A stretch of DNA of 64,000 nucleotides from Eutreptiella sp. 'Long Island Sound 2002' (Eukaryota; Protista; Euglenida). The stretch covers positions 38,068,001-38,132,000 of the forward strand of contig OZ038378.1 of assembly GCA_964036045.1 (NCBI GenBank), written 5' to 3'. A program made the translations under genes and the position numbers. Each line of letters begins with the position of its first letter. Within the stretch, counting starts at the first letter, position 1. The notes under the pieces are model-generated. The model was not told the origin of the DNA. It searched no databases and saw only the letters and a program-made list of their open reading frames with translations. Of this stretch, positions 11,931-22,905 are shown in pieces.

Positions 11931-14100
11931 GCTGCACGGCCGCTGGGCTATGTTGGGGACACACTGGTGCCTAACCCCCGAGGTGCTACAGAAGTACAGT
12001 GCTACCGACAATGGTGCCAGCAAAGGTGTGTGGTTCAAGGTTGTTGCCATGATCTTCGAGTCTGATGGCTTGAACTACATGGGTGCCCCCGTGGTGGTGC
12101 GCGCCCAGTCCATCCTAGCCGTGTTGGCCTGCCAAGTTGTCCTAATGGGTGCCATCGAGGCTTACCGTGTGAACGGTGGTCCATTCGTTGGACGTGACCT
12201 TCATCTTGGGTACCCTAGTGGCAAGCGATTTAACCCTTTGGGTTTGGCTGATGAACCTGATGTGGCTGCCGAGTTGAAGATGAAGGAGATCAGGAACGCC
12301 CGTTTGGCTATGCTCTCCATGTTCGGCTACTACGTGCAGGCTGCTATCACCGGCCAGGGCCCTGTTGAGAAGTGGGCCTCCCACATTGCTAATCCGTTTG
12401 TGGTGAACAAGTAAACCCTTGAGATTGCCACCCAGCCAACGCCATCTGTTGCCATGTTCACAGCTGGTGGGACGAAGAAGGCCGCCGCCCCCAAGGTAGA
12501 TTTGTTGGGCTCGTATGGCCTTGACTGCAAGAAGTGGTTGGGCCCTAACACTGCGGGCAGCAGCGTCCCAGACTACTTGACCAGTGAGTACCCTGGTGAC
12601 TACGTTTGGACAGCGCTGGCCCTGCAACAGACCCCAAGACCATCGAGCACCTCCGCGACGCTGAGGTGCTGCACGATCGTTGGCCTATGTTGGGTACTCT
12701 TTGGTCCCTAACCCCCGAGCTCTGCAGAAGTACAAAGCCATCAACAATGGTGCCACCAAAGGTGTGTGGTTCAAGGCTGGTGCCATGATCTTCGAGTCTT
12801 TTGGCTTGAACTGCATGGGTGCCCCCGTGTTGGTGCGCGCCCAGTCCATCCTTGCTGTGTTGGCCTGCCCAGTTCTCCTGATGGGTGCCATCGAGGCTTA
12901 CCGTGTGAACGGTGGTCCATTCCGTGGACATGATCTTCATCTGGTGTACCCTAGTGGCAAGCGATTTAACCCTTTGGGTTTGGCTGACGAACCTGATGTG
13001 GCTGCCGAGTTGAAATTGAAGGTCATCAGGAACGGCCGTTTGGCGATGCTCTCCGTGTTCGGCTACTGCGTGCAGGCTGCCGTAACCGGCCAGGGCCCTG
13101 TTGAGAACTGGGCCTCCCGCATTGCTGATGCAGTTGCGATGAACAGGTTGACCATTGAGATTGCCACCCAGTACACGCCATGTGTTGCCATGTTCGCAGC
13201 TCTTGGGAAGAAGAAGGCTGCCGCCCCCAAGGTGGATTTGTCGGGCTGGTATGGCCCTGCCTGCAGGAAGTGGTTGGGCCCTACCATTGCGGGCCGCTAC
13301 GTCCCTTACTGCTTGACCGGTGAGCACCCTAGTGACTACGGTTGGGACAACGCTGGGCTTGCAGCAGACCCCTAAAGCCTCGAGCGCCTCAGCGAGGCTG
13401 AGGTGCTGCACGATCGCTTGGCTATGTTGGGTACTCTCTGATGCATGACCCCTGAGCGGCTGCAGACGTACACTGCCGTCAACAATGGTGCCACCAAAGG
13501 TGTGTGGTTCAAAGTTGGTGCCATGATCTTCGATTCTGATGGCTTGAACTACATGGGTGCCCCCGTGTTGGTGCGCGCCCAGTCCATCCTTGCCGTGTTG
13601 GCCTGCCCAGTTCTTCTGATGGGTGCCATGGAGGCTTACCGTGTGAACGGTGGTCTATTCCGTGGACGTGACCTTGGTCTGGTGTACCCTAGTGGCAAGT
13701 GGTTTGACCCTCTAGGTTTGGCCGACGACCCTGATATGGATGCCGAGCTGAAGCTGAAGGAAATCGGGAACGGCCGTTTGGCAATGTTCTTTGTGTTCGG
13801 CTACTGCGTGCAGGCTGCCGTAACTGGCTAGGGCCCTGTTGAGAACTGGGCCTCCCACATTGCTGATGCAGTTGCGATGAACAGGTTGACCCTAGAGATT
13901 GCCACCCAGTACACACCATTTGTTGCCATGTTCGCAGCCGCTTGGAACAAGAAGAAGGAGGCCGCCCCCAAGGTGGATTTGTCGGGCCGGTATAGTCCTG
14001 ACCGCAAGAAGTGGTTGGGCCCCAACACAGCGGACAGCTACGTCTCAGACTACTTGACCGGTGACTACCCTGGTGACTACGGTTGGGATAGCGCTGGGCC
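11925..14100 (+). pseudogene. lhcb: LHCII polyprotein units, type 2: ~3 units + partial, ~737-bp period
   Basis: [43 protein letters not shown]; linker TP(S/C/F)VAMFAA..KKAAAPK at 12448, 13184 and 13922; stops at 12412, 13373, 13439 and 13829. Confidence 0.9.
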
Positions 14101-14445
14101 AGCATCACCATCTTCAATCTCGTCTTGTGCTTATGCTTGCTGCTTTGTTTCTTGGTTGCTACAGTGCTGCCCCCCTAGGAGTTGTGCTTGCTTGTTGCAT
14201 TGCCGCTGCTTTGCCATGCCTTGCCCCTTACCCCGGCGGTACAACGGGCCAGCACTACAGTTGCCACTGCCCCCGAAGCATGGTTGGCCGGTATCCCCGG
14301 TCCTCTGGGTCCTCCGTCATGCTGTGGGCCACCTGAGGCAGCCCCGGGACCCACGAGATGGAGCAAGGCAGGAACCACCTGTCGGTGCAAGGTGCCCGGT
14401 AACTCCAGTGGACGGCATGATAAGTGGTTATGACTATGACTATGA

Positions 14446-14461
14446 CTACGTAGGTTGTGCC
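14446..14461. repeat. Right target-site duplication, preceded by (TATGAC)3 tail
   Basis: tatgactatgactatgac then tacgtaggttgtgcc. Confidence 0.85.
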
Positions 14462-15070
14462 AGGGTATATACGTGTTCTTGTGTATGTGGGGCGGGTGTT
14501 ACATACCTAGCAATAGGGGTACCAAAAGTATCGATTTTCTTTTGTTGTTTGTAGCCATTTCTATACATTCTTTGCTCAGGTTGTGGCATCGCTATTTCGT
14601 GTACTGACATTCCAATCACCCATGAATTGGGCTAACTTACTTCGAAAATTGGGTTTCCTAATAGACGCGCTTGATGAACCATAAAGGCCAAATACTTGGG
14701 CGGGCAGAAAGTTGGGATCACCATGAAGGGGATTTTCGAAACTTATCATTCTACCGGGCATATGGACGGAGAGCTTTGGTTTCTTGGGTCCTTCTAGATT
14801 AACATGTACAAGCATAGCCACCCCGCCGATAGGATCCTGTGGAAATGATACTAAATGATATCCATGTTCCATGGATGCTCTTTGATACAATCTTTCCAAT
14901 CGTGTGTTTTGCCTATGTTCTGAGATGCATATAACTATGTCATGTGGTAATGCATATAACATTTCCACCAACCCATCCAGGGGGAAGGAAGGACCTCTTG
15001 CAATGAAGGTGGCAAAGGAGATCATTCTTCCTAGCGCAAGGTGTTGGCCGCTCTGCATTTGGGCGGGAAT
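14462..15070 (-). pseudogene. N-terminal/central APE endonuclease of the minus-strand LINE
   Basis: DIVICISEH, GGVAMLV, FGLYGS, FMGDWNV, RPTYTRTRIYPG. Confidence 0.85.
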
Positions 15071-16119
15071 GCATTTATACCGTTGTTTTGGGAAGCCAGT
15101 TTATGTTGTCTGGTTGTTGTATGCTCGTATTTTTACTATGTGTATTGTGCTCCTCAGGCAGGTTAATCAAGGGCTGAAGTGACGTTTGCTTTGATGTTGT
15201 TGTGTCTCGCGTTGGCTGAGTTTCTTGTTGTTTTGCTTTGTGCTTTGCCTCTTTTGTGTCGTGGTGGTTTTCTTTCAATGTATTGTGTGCCCATTGGTCG
15301 TGTTTTTCGTCCCCTGCATCTATAACCACTACCAAGTTGAACTCACCGTCAAAGATGCACGCTTCATTGTCCTCGTCCGTTGTTTGGTTTTGTATTTTGC
15401 GCATTGTTTCCCTAAAATGGTACGGTATTACTGGTTGCGTAACTTCTGTTGGGCTTTATGTTCGTCTCCGTCTTTTTTCGTCTGTAGCTTTTGTGTCTAG
15501 TTGGTGGTTGTTGCTTTTCGTTGTTAGGAAGGATTTAACTTGTGGCAGTTGTTCTGTGTTGCTTACGTTCGGGTGGTTGTTTGGGATACTTGATGGAGGG
15601 ACATCAGTCCGGGGACCCGTTGCTGATTTTCTTCGCGTTCCGTTATTGTGGTGAGTATTTTTGAGGTGGGATCTCTCTTGTGTTTGGGTTTGTTGTTTTG
15701 CTAGAATCTAGTCTCGGCCAATTTTGGATTCTTTCAGCATATGAGTTAGGGAGCAAGGGGTCGTTCAACAGCTCAAGGATGTACACCATCCCACCTAAAT
15801 CTTTTGACCTTGTTTCCTCACATGTCCTTGTGTTTGGTGCCGTAGTCCCAAGTTGTGTGGTTATATCCATGTTGTCTGGTATTTTCTCTTTGGGCAGTGG
15901 GGTTGTTTGGTAAGACTGGCATGAAGAAGTTGCATTGGGATTCTTTCCCTAGCTACAATTTATACTACGTGTGTAAGCAACACCTTTACCTTCATAGATC
16001 TCATGGTTGGCGGTGCGTTTGGTCTTAGGCGGCCAATATCTTTCACCTGGTGTTTTTCTTTTTCTTTTACCCCAGGAGTCGCCAAAAGTGAGCACATCGT
16101 TCGCCCTCAAACTACCACC

Positions 16120-16560
16120 ATTTATCGTTGGACGGATAGATCATCGAAGCGACCACAAATGGGAGGTGACTAGCTGGGCGGGTATGGAGTATGTTTCCCT
16201 GATCGTCCAGAGTGCAATGTTTCGGAATTCATACCAGTGTCGTAGTCATAGACCATAGGCAGCAGAGAACTCCAGCAGTGTTGAAGGGATTGTACGAGGT
16301 AACAGTGTACCGACGGACCTGTGTGATGTGCGATTCTGAGTATATTGTCGATTGTTGTAATTTGTGGGCAAAGCAATGGCACTACAATACTTGGTGCACT
16401 GCGGCTGGGCCATTGGCCCATGCAAAGCTACGGAAATTTTTTTTCATTTTGGTGGAGTCTTATGGAACACTCGTGACAATGTATCATGTGCCTTCACATG
16501 CGGAACGGACAGAAAATGAACGCGTTGATGATATGGCGAGGCAACGTAGGCTGAGAAGTT
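16120..16560 (+). pseudogene. RNase H (RNase HI-like) domain of a retroelement, disrupted
   Basis: WTD(R)S (16129), GYGVCF..NVSEFIP..T..REL, CDSEYIVDC.N.W..QW..N.W, HVPSHAERTENERVDDMA. Confidence 0.85.
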
Positions 16561-17145
16561 CCTTGTGGACTGCCAACAAGCTCTTGCTCACAGTGCATGA
16601 GCAGAGGGAGAGGGAGGAGGCAGGGCTGCACCTTCACATTGTTGCGGTCAGGGAGAGCAGGCCGCTGCCGGAACCCGATGATTTTGTACCATGCACACCG
16701 GAGTCAGTTCAAAGCAAGGCCGGCTGCAGCGTGATAGTGTGTCCACCAGATGTAACGCGGCCCTCAAACAGAGTTTTGAGCAATTTGGATACACCATTGC
16801 CACATCGCTCACAAGCCTTTACGGACTTTGAAGTGTTGTGGGTAGCATGTGCAACATGTGTGTACCAGCTAAACGCGTTGTACATACACGAGCACCAATG
16901 ATGTACCAAGCCAATAAATGACCAAAAGGCATCCAGGGACTTCAGCAACATTGGACAATATGAATTTTCGGACCACATTGGAGGGGTTGGTACCTTGGTT
17001 GATGAAAACCAGGTGAAGGCCAAGTGGTTGCTACCCTGGATCGGTTCCAAGGTGTGCTAGCCCGAGTCACATGCGGAACTGACAGAAAATAAACGGGTTG
17101 ATGAATTGGCCAGTCAAGGTAGAATGAGAAGTCCACTCCCAACAA
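16495..17145 (+). repeat. First ~1.1 units of the 572-bp RNase H-derived satellite
   Basis: tcacatgcgg..gacagaaaatgaacg.gttgatga at 16495 recurs at ~17068; the unit is contiguous with the RNase H ORF. Confidence 0.85.
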
Positions 17146-17172
17146 TGGGGTGCAGCCAAGGAAGGGTGGCCT
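17146..17172 (+). repeat. Left TIR of element B (outer 27 bp; its last 15 bp form the LINE TSD)
   Basis: 26/27 match to the reverse complement of 37589-37615. Confidence 0.9.
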
Positions 17173-18549
17173 CCTTTCTGAGTGTCTATTTTTTTTCGTG
17201 TCTATTTTTTTTCGGTGCTATTTCTTCGTCCATGGAAGACCCCAACGTGGGGCAGAATGCAATGCCGCACCTCCCGGAGGTGGCAGAGATCTACCCGACC
17301 GTCCCGGCCGACATACCTGCCGCCCTCGGGATCGGATGGACGCACCTCTGTCGAAGGAGTTACTGGTACGACCACCGCTCCACTTCCGACCCCTTCGACT
17401 CCAATGAGAGCAGCAACTGTCGCCACGCTGGAAAACTACGTGCAGGCCTGGGCCACTACTGAGGACCCCAGCGATATCAACGACCAAGCACCTCACAACC
17501 TGGCCAACTGTTTCAACCCCCTGGACCTCTCTGACGATCCCGGGACCATCACTGCGCAGAAGGGGAACGAGACCAAGTACACCTGCTTTAACCCAGCGAA
17601 AGACGAAGTCATCGACAAGTCGGGCGTCCCGAGGACAGAGATTGACGATGCCGAACAACGACAGGCAATCATGGAGACGGCCACCAGCCAGGATATCAAG
17701 TATGCCCCCGATACATCTGCCCTGCGCAACGCTATGGAAGTCGGCGAAGTGATGGACACGGCTGAGACCACAGAGGTCAACGAGAACGCATCTGACGAAT
17801 TACCCGGAGCCTACAATACTATGGAGATCCACTGTGAGGATGATCCGCCAGCCATCGAGTTCAACTCCGCCGCAGTCGCCCGCCACTCAGGCCCGAGGAT
17901 AGAACGAGACCGGATGCCGGAAGATGCACCGCTGCGAGCCAGGTTTGCCTCTCTCCCAAACGGGTCCCAAACGGCGGTGCAGAGCACAGCTCCCCGCCAC
18001 GACGACGACAACCAGCCACCAGACACAACCGACAGGACAAAGAACAACATGACGGCGGTGCGGAGCCCTGCTCCCCGCCCTTGGCACACCACCGTACGGC
18101 ACAACAAAACAAATTCACGGAGGCCACGACCCCTATGCGTTATAGGATTGATGACACACATCATCCTGTTCCTGCTACACAACGGAGACAGCGGAGCGGA
18201 GCCCTGCTCCTCGCCAACCAACACCACCAACCTGACAATGTACCAAAACACAACGACACATCACGGAATGGCCAACGGCGGAGCGGAGCGATGCTCCCCG
18301 CCAACAACGCCAACCGCAGTGACGGTGAGGAGCCCTGCTCCCCGTCCGCGCCATGACCCAAACCACACCATACACGCTGTGCATGACACCGTAACAGTGC
18401 TACACCAACGACTGGGCATACACCCTGTGTTGCATATAACACCGCTGCCATTGCATATACCGCCATGCTCGCACACTAGGAATAGCCGCAAAACGGCGTT
18501 CTCGCATCGATCCACCCCCCCCTCCCAACCCCACCCTGCGTGGCGTTGT

Positions 18550-18777
18550 AGGTCGGTGATCGTGAGCGGCGCCGGAACCCTGGTTTGCCTTCCGGCAGCC
18601 AGGTCAGTCAAAGGCATCAAACATGCCCTCCATCACCTCACGCCACACCTACCCCCACCACAACACCAGCGGCTGTTCTACCAAGGACAGCCGCTCGGAG
18701 ACCACGACCCGACCCCGACCACGACCACAACCGGACCCATCCACCTGACGCTGCGACTGGTGGGTCTGAAGGGAGGA
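18550..18777 (+). other. Ubiquitin-like domain ending in di-Gly
   Basis: 76 codons: ..SVKGIKHAL..LPPPQHQRLFYQGQPLGD..IHLTLRLVGLKGG, compared with ubiquitin IPPDQQRLIFAGKQLED..LHLVLRLRGG. Confidence 0.7.
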
Positions 18778-18799
18778 GGCAGACGGTCGCAGAGAGACA

Positions 18800-18878
18800 C
18801 AGACAGCGACAGCACCAGCGACAGCACCAGCGATAGCGACAGCGACAGCACCAGCGACAACGACAGCGACAGCTACAG
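18800..18878 (+). repeat. (ACAGCG/ACCAGC) low-complexity repeat encoding a Ser/Asp/Thr tract
   Basis: gacagcgacagcaccagcgacagcaccagcgatagcgac... Confidence 0.8.
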
Positions 18879-20958
18879 CCGACGGAAAAAGTCTCGGAAG
18901 CGCAGCTCCAAGGGCGAACTCACCCAGGCTCTGAGGGCCATGACGTCCCTTGCGGACTCTGTGGCAGGAATCTGCCGGTCGATCCAGCAACCACAGCAAA
19001 CTGTGACGCATGAGGCCCTAGCGCCACAGCACAGCGCTGACAGACACAATGACCAGGCCCGCACCCAGGCAGAACCGTCACAAGGCGAGGCGGCACCACA
19101 GGCACGACGACGCTAGTGCGTGAGCATCGACACGCGCCACGGGGAACGACAAGTCTCCCTGCATGAACCCGGACAGCAGCCTCAACACCCACCCCTCTGC
19201 CCCCCAACTCCTGTGGCGGAACCGCTGCGTTTCTACCACAATCCTCACAGCCCGGAGGTGCCATGTGCGGTCCCTGCCCTCCAACACGGACACAGGGACG
19301 TAAACCGACGGCCCCTCGCACAGCAGGCGGCCACACGCATGGAATGCACGGCGGCGCAGCCGGTGTACCACAGTGAACCACTGTATGTACCACAGACACA
19401 GCACGAAACACAGGTGCAGTATCGAGCAGTCGTCGACCACCATGGACAGCACATACTGCCAGAGGACAGTTCAGGAACCTGGGCCAGGTTCAGCGAGCAG
19501 AATGCAGCTGCGCTCGAGATCCTGCGAACCGAGCCACCGATGCAGCGACGCACAGATGCCGAACCGGCAACGGGATATCCGGAACATGTGGCTCTCAAGG
19601 GATCGCACACGACCACCGGCGGACCCGCATGCCCCCCGCCAACAACCAACGGACAGTGTTGTCTATCCGATTCCCGAACCGGCGCCGGCAGCGGGGCACC
19701 CACAACAGCACCAGCAAGTGTACTACACACCGGACGCACCAGACCAGCACCCCGTGCACCAGCCCGGACCCCCTCAGATCCACGGGGAAAGGGCACCGTG
19801 GCACGGTGCACACGCAGAGCAGGCACCAGAACAGGGACCGGAACCATCCGGCTGGGGACAGGCTGGGGTTTTCCCCTTCACTGGAGGCTGGGACGTGGTG
19901 GCCGCGCAACAAGAACAGCAGGCACCCCCCCGGCAGCCGCGAGGAAGGAGGCGCCGACCCAGGACCCACAAGGGGGAACTGGGGACGGTCATCCCCAACA
20001 TCCCCACCATTCCACACCCTGACCAACGAGATACCGTGTCACCTGATGTGCTGGTATGTGCATACATAAGCATGAGGGGAACAGCGGGAGAATGTGGCTA
20101 CCTTCCCAACACCTGCCTTGCGCCATTCTCCACAGTGAACAGCCGGAACGGACAACCTGGAACGGACCGCGTCGACCGCACGGTGACCGCACGGTGGCAA
20201 GTCGGCCGTAAGGATTTTGCTCCTCAGACATGCACGCTAATGACTGGTGCCGCAGGCACCCACTCGGCCGGGACCTTGGCCACTGCCTACCAAGCCGCAG
20301 TTTATTTGCCCGGGTACACTTGCGTGGGCGCTTTCTTTGCCCCCGGTGATGCTCGGCGTGCTGACCAGCAACGGACAGCACAGGACAGCCAGACAGGAAT
20401 GTCATATATGGCCCCAACCCGGCCATCAACAGCACGGGACCAGACAGACAGGCAACGGGCTGCGAAGGCGACAAGCCGTGTGAACGTGCCCACCTGCCGA
20501 CCATGCGTGTGGATGGCAGGCGCTACTGGCACCCACACGGTTGGGCCCTTGGCCACCGCCTATTCTCCCGCTCTACACACCGGTGTGGGCGCGCCCGACG
20601 CCCCCGGTGATGCCCAGTCTGCTGACCAGCGACAGGCAGTACACGATAACCAGACAGGAATGTCATATATGGCCCCAAACCGGCCATCAGCGCGCGGGGA
20701 CGCCGCGCAGGCCCCGACTGACGGGCATCGGACTAGACAGGCACCTGCGACAATGGCCAGAATACACGCATTTCCTGGATCAGATCCCTTCGTGCTTTTG
20801 CCACAGTATCGTGAGGTACCCCCCTACCCCTCGGGACACCCCCCCCCCTCATGGGAGAGGAACTGCCTTGCGACCCACCATCTAGGCAGGCACCCCCCAA
20901 CAATCGACAACACCCCCCCGCCCTCATTGGGTTGTTGCGGGACCGCACGGTCGACGGT

Positions 20959-20982
20959 GATATCGAAAAGAACCCGGGGCCT
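20959..20982 (+). other. 2A-like StopGo motif 1 (LLRDRTVDGDIEKNPGP)
   Basis: Matches D(V/I)ExNPGP. Confidence 0.85.
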
Positions 20983-21645
20983 GAAGATGCGCGGACCACA
21001 GGGAACGACATCCCCCCCCAGCACAGAGAGATGGTCACCCGGCTGGCTAGCGAGATCGAAACGGCCTCCAACCCCCACTACCCCGCTAAACTGTACAAAT
21101 ACGCGACACAGGCACTCACGGAGGCACTGCAAAGAAAGCGACGCGCATCCACCCCTCCCCTAGGACACAACACACCCGCACCACGTGCAGAATCGTCTTC
21201 CACACATGGCACGTTGGAGGTGCCATCACCAGAGGCACCCCCGGTGCACGGGATACATGACCCAGGCACACCACGACCCGCCCCCTTGGAAACTTCCGAG
21301 TTGACTGTAAAAACACAAAAACACCACTTACCGGTAGGATTAAACATGACCACAGCCATCGATGTAGTTTGCCCCCGATGCAACATGGCCGACTTTGTGT
21401 ACTTCCGCTGCACCGGATTCAAGTATTTTGCCATACACCAACCCGATACCCCAGACTTGGTACCACGGCGACTCTACAACGTGATGTCCCCAGACCCCTT
21501 ATACCCACGACAAGAATCCTGGCAAGAGGCCATACCAGCCACCACCTCGTAAACCTACCACACGCCAGTACCACACGAGACGGGCCCCCAACCGACCGTG
21601 GAGGACACCCCGGACGGATGGTTACGGGACGTCACAAGTGACGGG

Positions 21646-21669
21646 GATGTCGAACCTAACCCCGGTCCC
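21646..21669 (+). other. 2A-like StopGo motif 2 (WLRDVTSDGDVEPNPGP)
   Basis: Matches D(V/I)ExNPGP. Confidence 0.9.
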
Positions 21670-22104
21670 AGCCCATCAACCCCCTCAGCGAAACGCACGC
21701 GATACAACCAAGACACGCTGCATATGTACCAAACACCTAGGATGCTACGCAAACACACCACGGACAACACTCCCCCCCGACAAAAACGGAGGCGCGCAGA
21801 CCACGTACCCATGGCGAACCAGGAACATCAAACGTCAACACTGGTATACAACCACCGCAAACGGAAGGCGGACGGGGAACCTACCCACCAACCGACACCC
21901 AAAAGGCACCAGAGCACGACCCACTGGGACGAGCAGCACCCCCCCGGGAACCAAGGAAACCTACGCATGAAACGGACATATGGAGACCCCACTGACCAAG
22001 TCAGGGGTGACTCACCACGCAGGAAGATCCGCCGAACACAACGCCTACGCAATCACCCTTACCCGAGACCAACGAGCTGGGTCCACGACCCGACTCAAGA
22101 CGGA

Positions 22105-22128
22105 GACACAGAGCCCAACCCCGGACCA
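22105..22128 (+). other. 2A-like motif 3 (WVHDPTQDGDTEPNPGP; V>T variant)
   Basis: Same W..D.T.DGD.EPNPGP pattern as motifs 2 and 4. Confidence 0.75.
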
Positions 22129-22302
22129 ACCACACCCGCAGTGGAACGCACAGCCCAGACCACACCGCCGGGGGACATGGGGACTGAGGTGCACAACGCT
22201 CTGCCGGCGCTCTTGCTGGCGGCACTACCACCCCGCCAGCCCAACGATGACGTGCACAAACACGCGTGGAACACGGATGACGGTGGACGGGCCCTAGAGG
22301 AC

Positions 22303-22413
22303 TGCCCCGTATGCTTGGACAGCCCCGCGGATACACGCCTGAGCTGCGACCCCAGGCACAGGCTGTGCCAAGATTGCGCCAACGACCCACGACTGCTACG
22401 ATGCCCACTGTGC
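22303..22413 (+). other. C3HC4 RING finger
   Basis: CPVC-x10-C-x3-H-x2-C-x2-C-x8-CPLC. Confidence 0.85.
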
Positions 22414-22881
22414 CGCGGCACTCTGCAACCAAAGATACCCCCCCCACCCCCGGATGACCCAACATATGCGTATTTCCACATACAAATCTACAACAACAGA
22501 CTCCTCACATACACGGATCACTGCGCAACTCCCAACCCGCCAGTGCATTTGGCATACAACTTGTGGAAGAGGCTTACTAGCACAACAGGCCAACTGTGGG
22601 AGGTACACCTCAGGACTGACCTCCCATACTACCACATCGCAAGACACAGAATGCATGTCCTCACGGGCACGAGGGAGGATTTCCAAATGGCCATGTCCAT
22701 ACGATACTGGCTCTTTCTGGCCCAACCCTTGCAACACGACCTGCTCCTGGAGTATGACATCACCGACTCGGTGCCACCCGACCACCCATCGGACGTACGC
22801 TATGACAGGATCACATCCGTTACCGCAGACGTGGTCTACCCACAACACACCCAATGGGTGCCGGATGCCACGCAGGATGGT

Positions 22882-22905
22882 GATGTGGAACCAAACCCAG
22901 GCCCG
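22882..22905 (+). other. 2A-like StopGo motif 4 (WVPDATQDGDVEPNPGP)
   Basis: Matches D(V/I)ExNPGP. Confidence 0.9.

Larger units (their letters stand above)
8506..14445 (+). mobile_element. 5.9-kb TPRT-type insertion carrying a degenerate LHC polyprotein array
   Basis: 16-bp TSD; 3' (TATGAC)3 tail at 14429-14446; removal restores the APE frame; GC-rich non-coding ends. Confidence 0.75.
5500..15900 (-). mobile_element. Old APE-RT non-LTR retrotransposon remnant (minus strand), split by the LHC-carrying insertion; outer limits approximate
   Basis: APE motifs at 15058-14462 continue in frame at 8505-8299 once 8506-14445 is removed; RT motifs at 8172-6607. Confidence 0.75.

Noticed and set aside
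9376-13411. Long antisense ORFs (9376-10671, 12545-13411)
   Set aside because: Shadow frames opposite LHC coding sequence; no independent motifs.
13436-13444. Nuclear TGA=Trp reassignment (a TGA aligns with Trp in one LHC unit)
   Set aside because: TGG is used for Trp throughout, the unit is otherwise decayed, and TGA appears to terminate ORF1 and ORF2 of the LINE; simple G>A mutation suffices.
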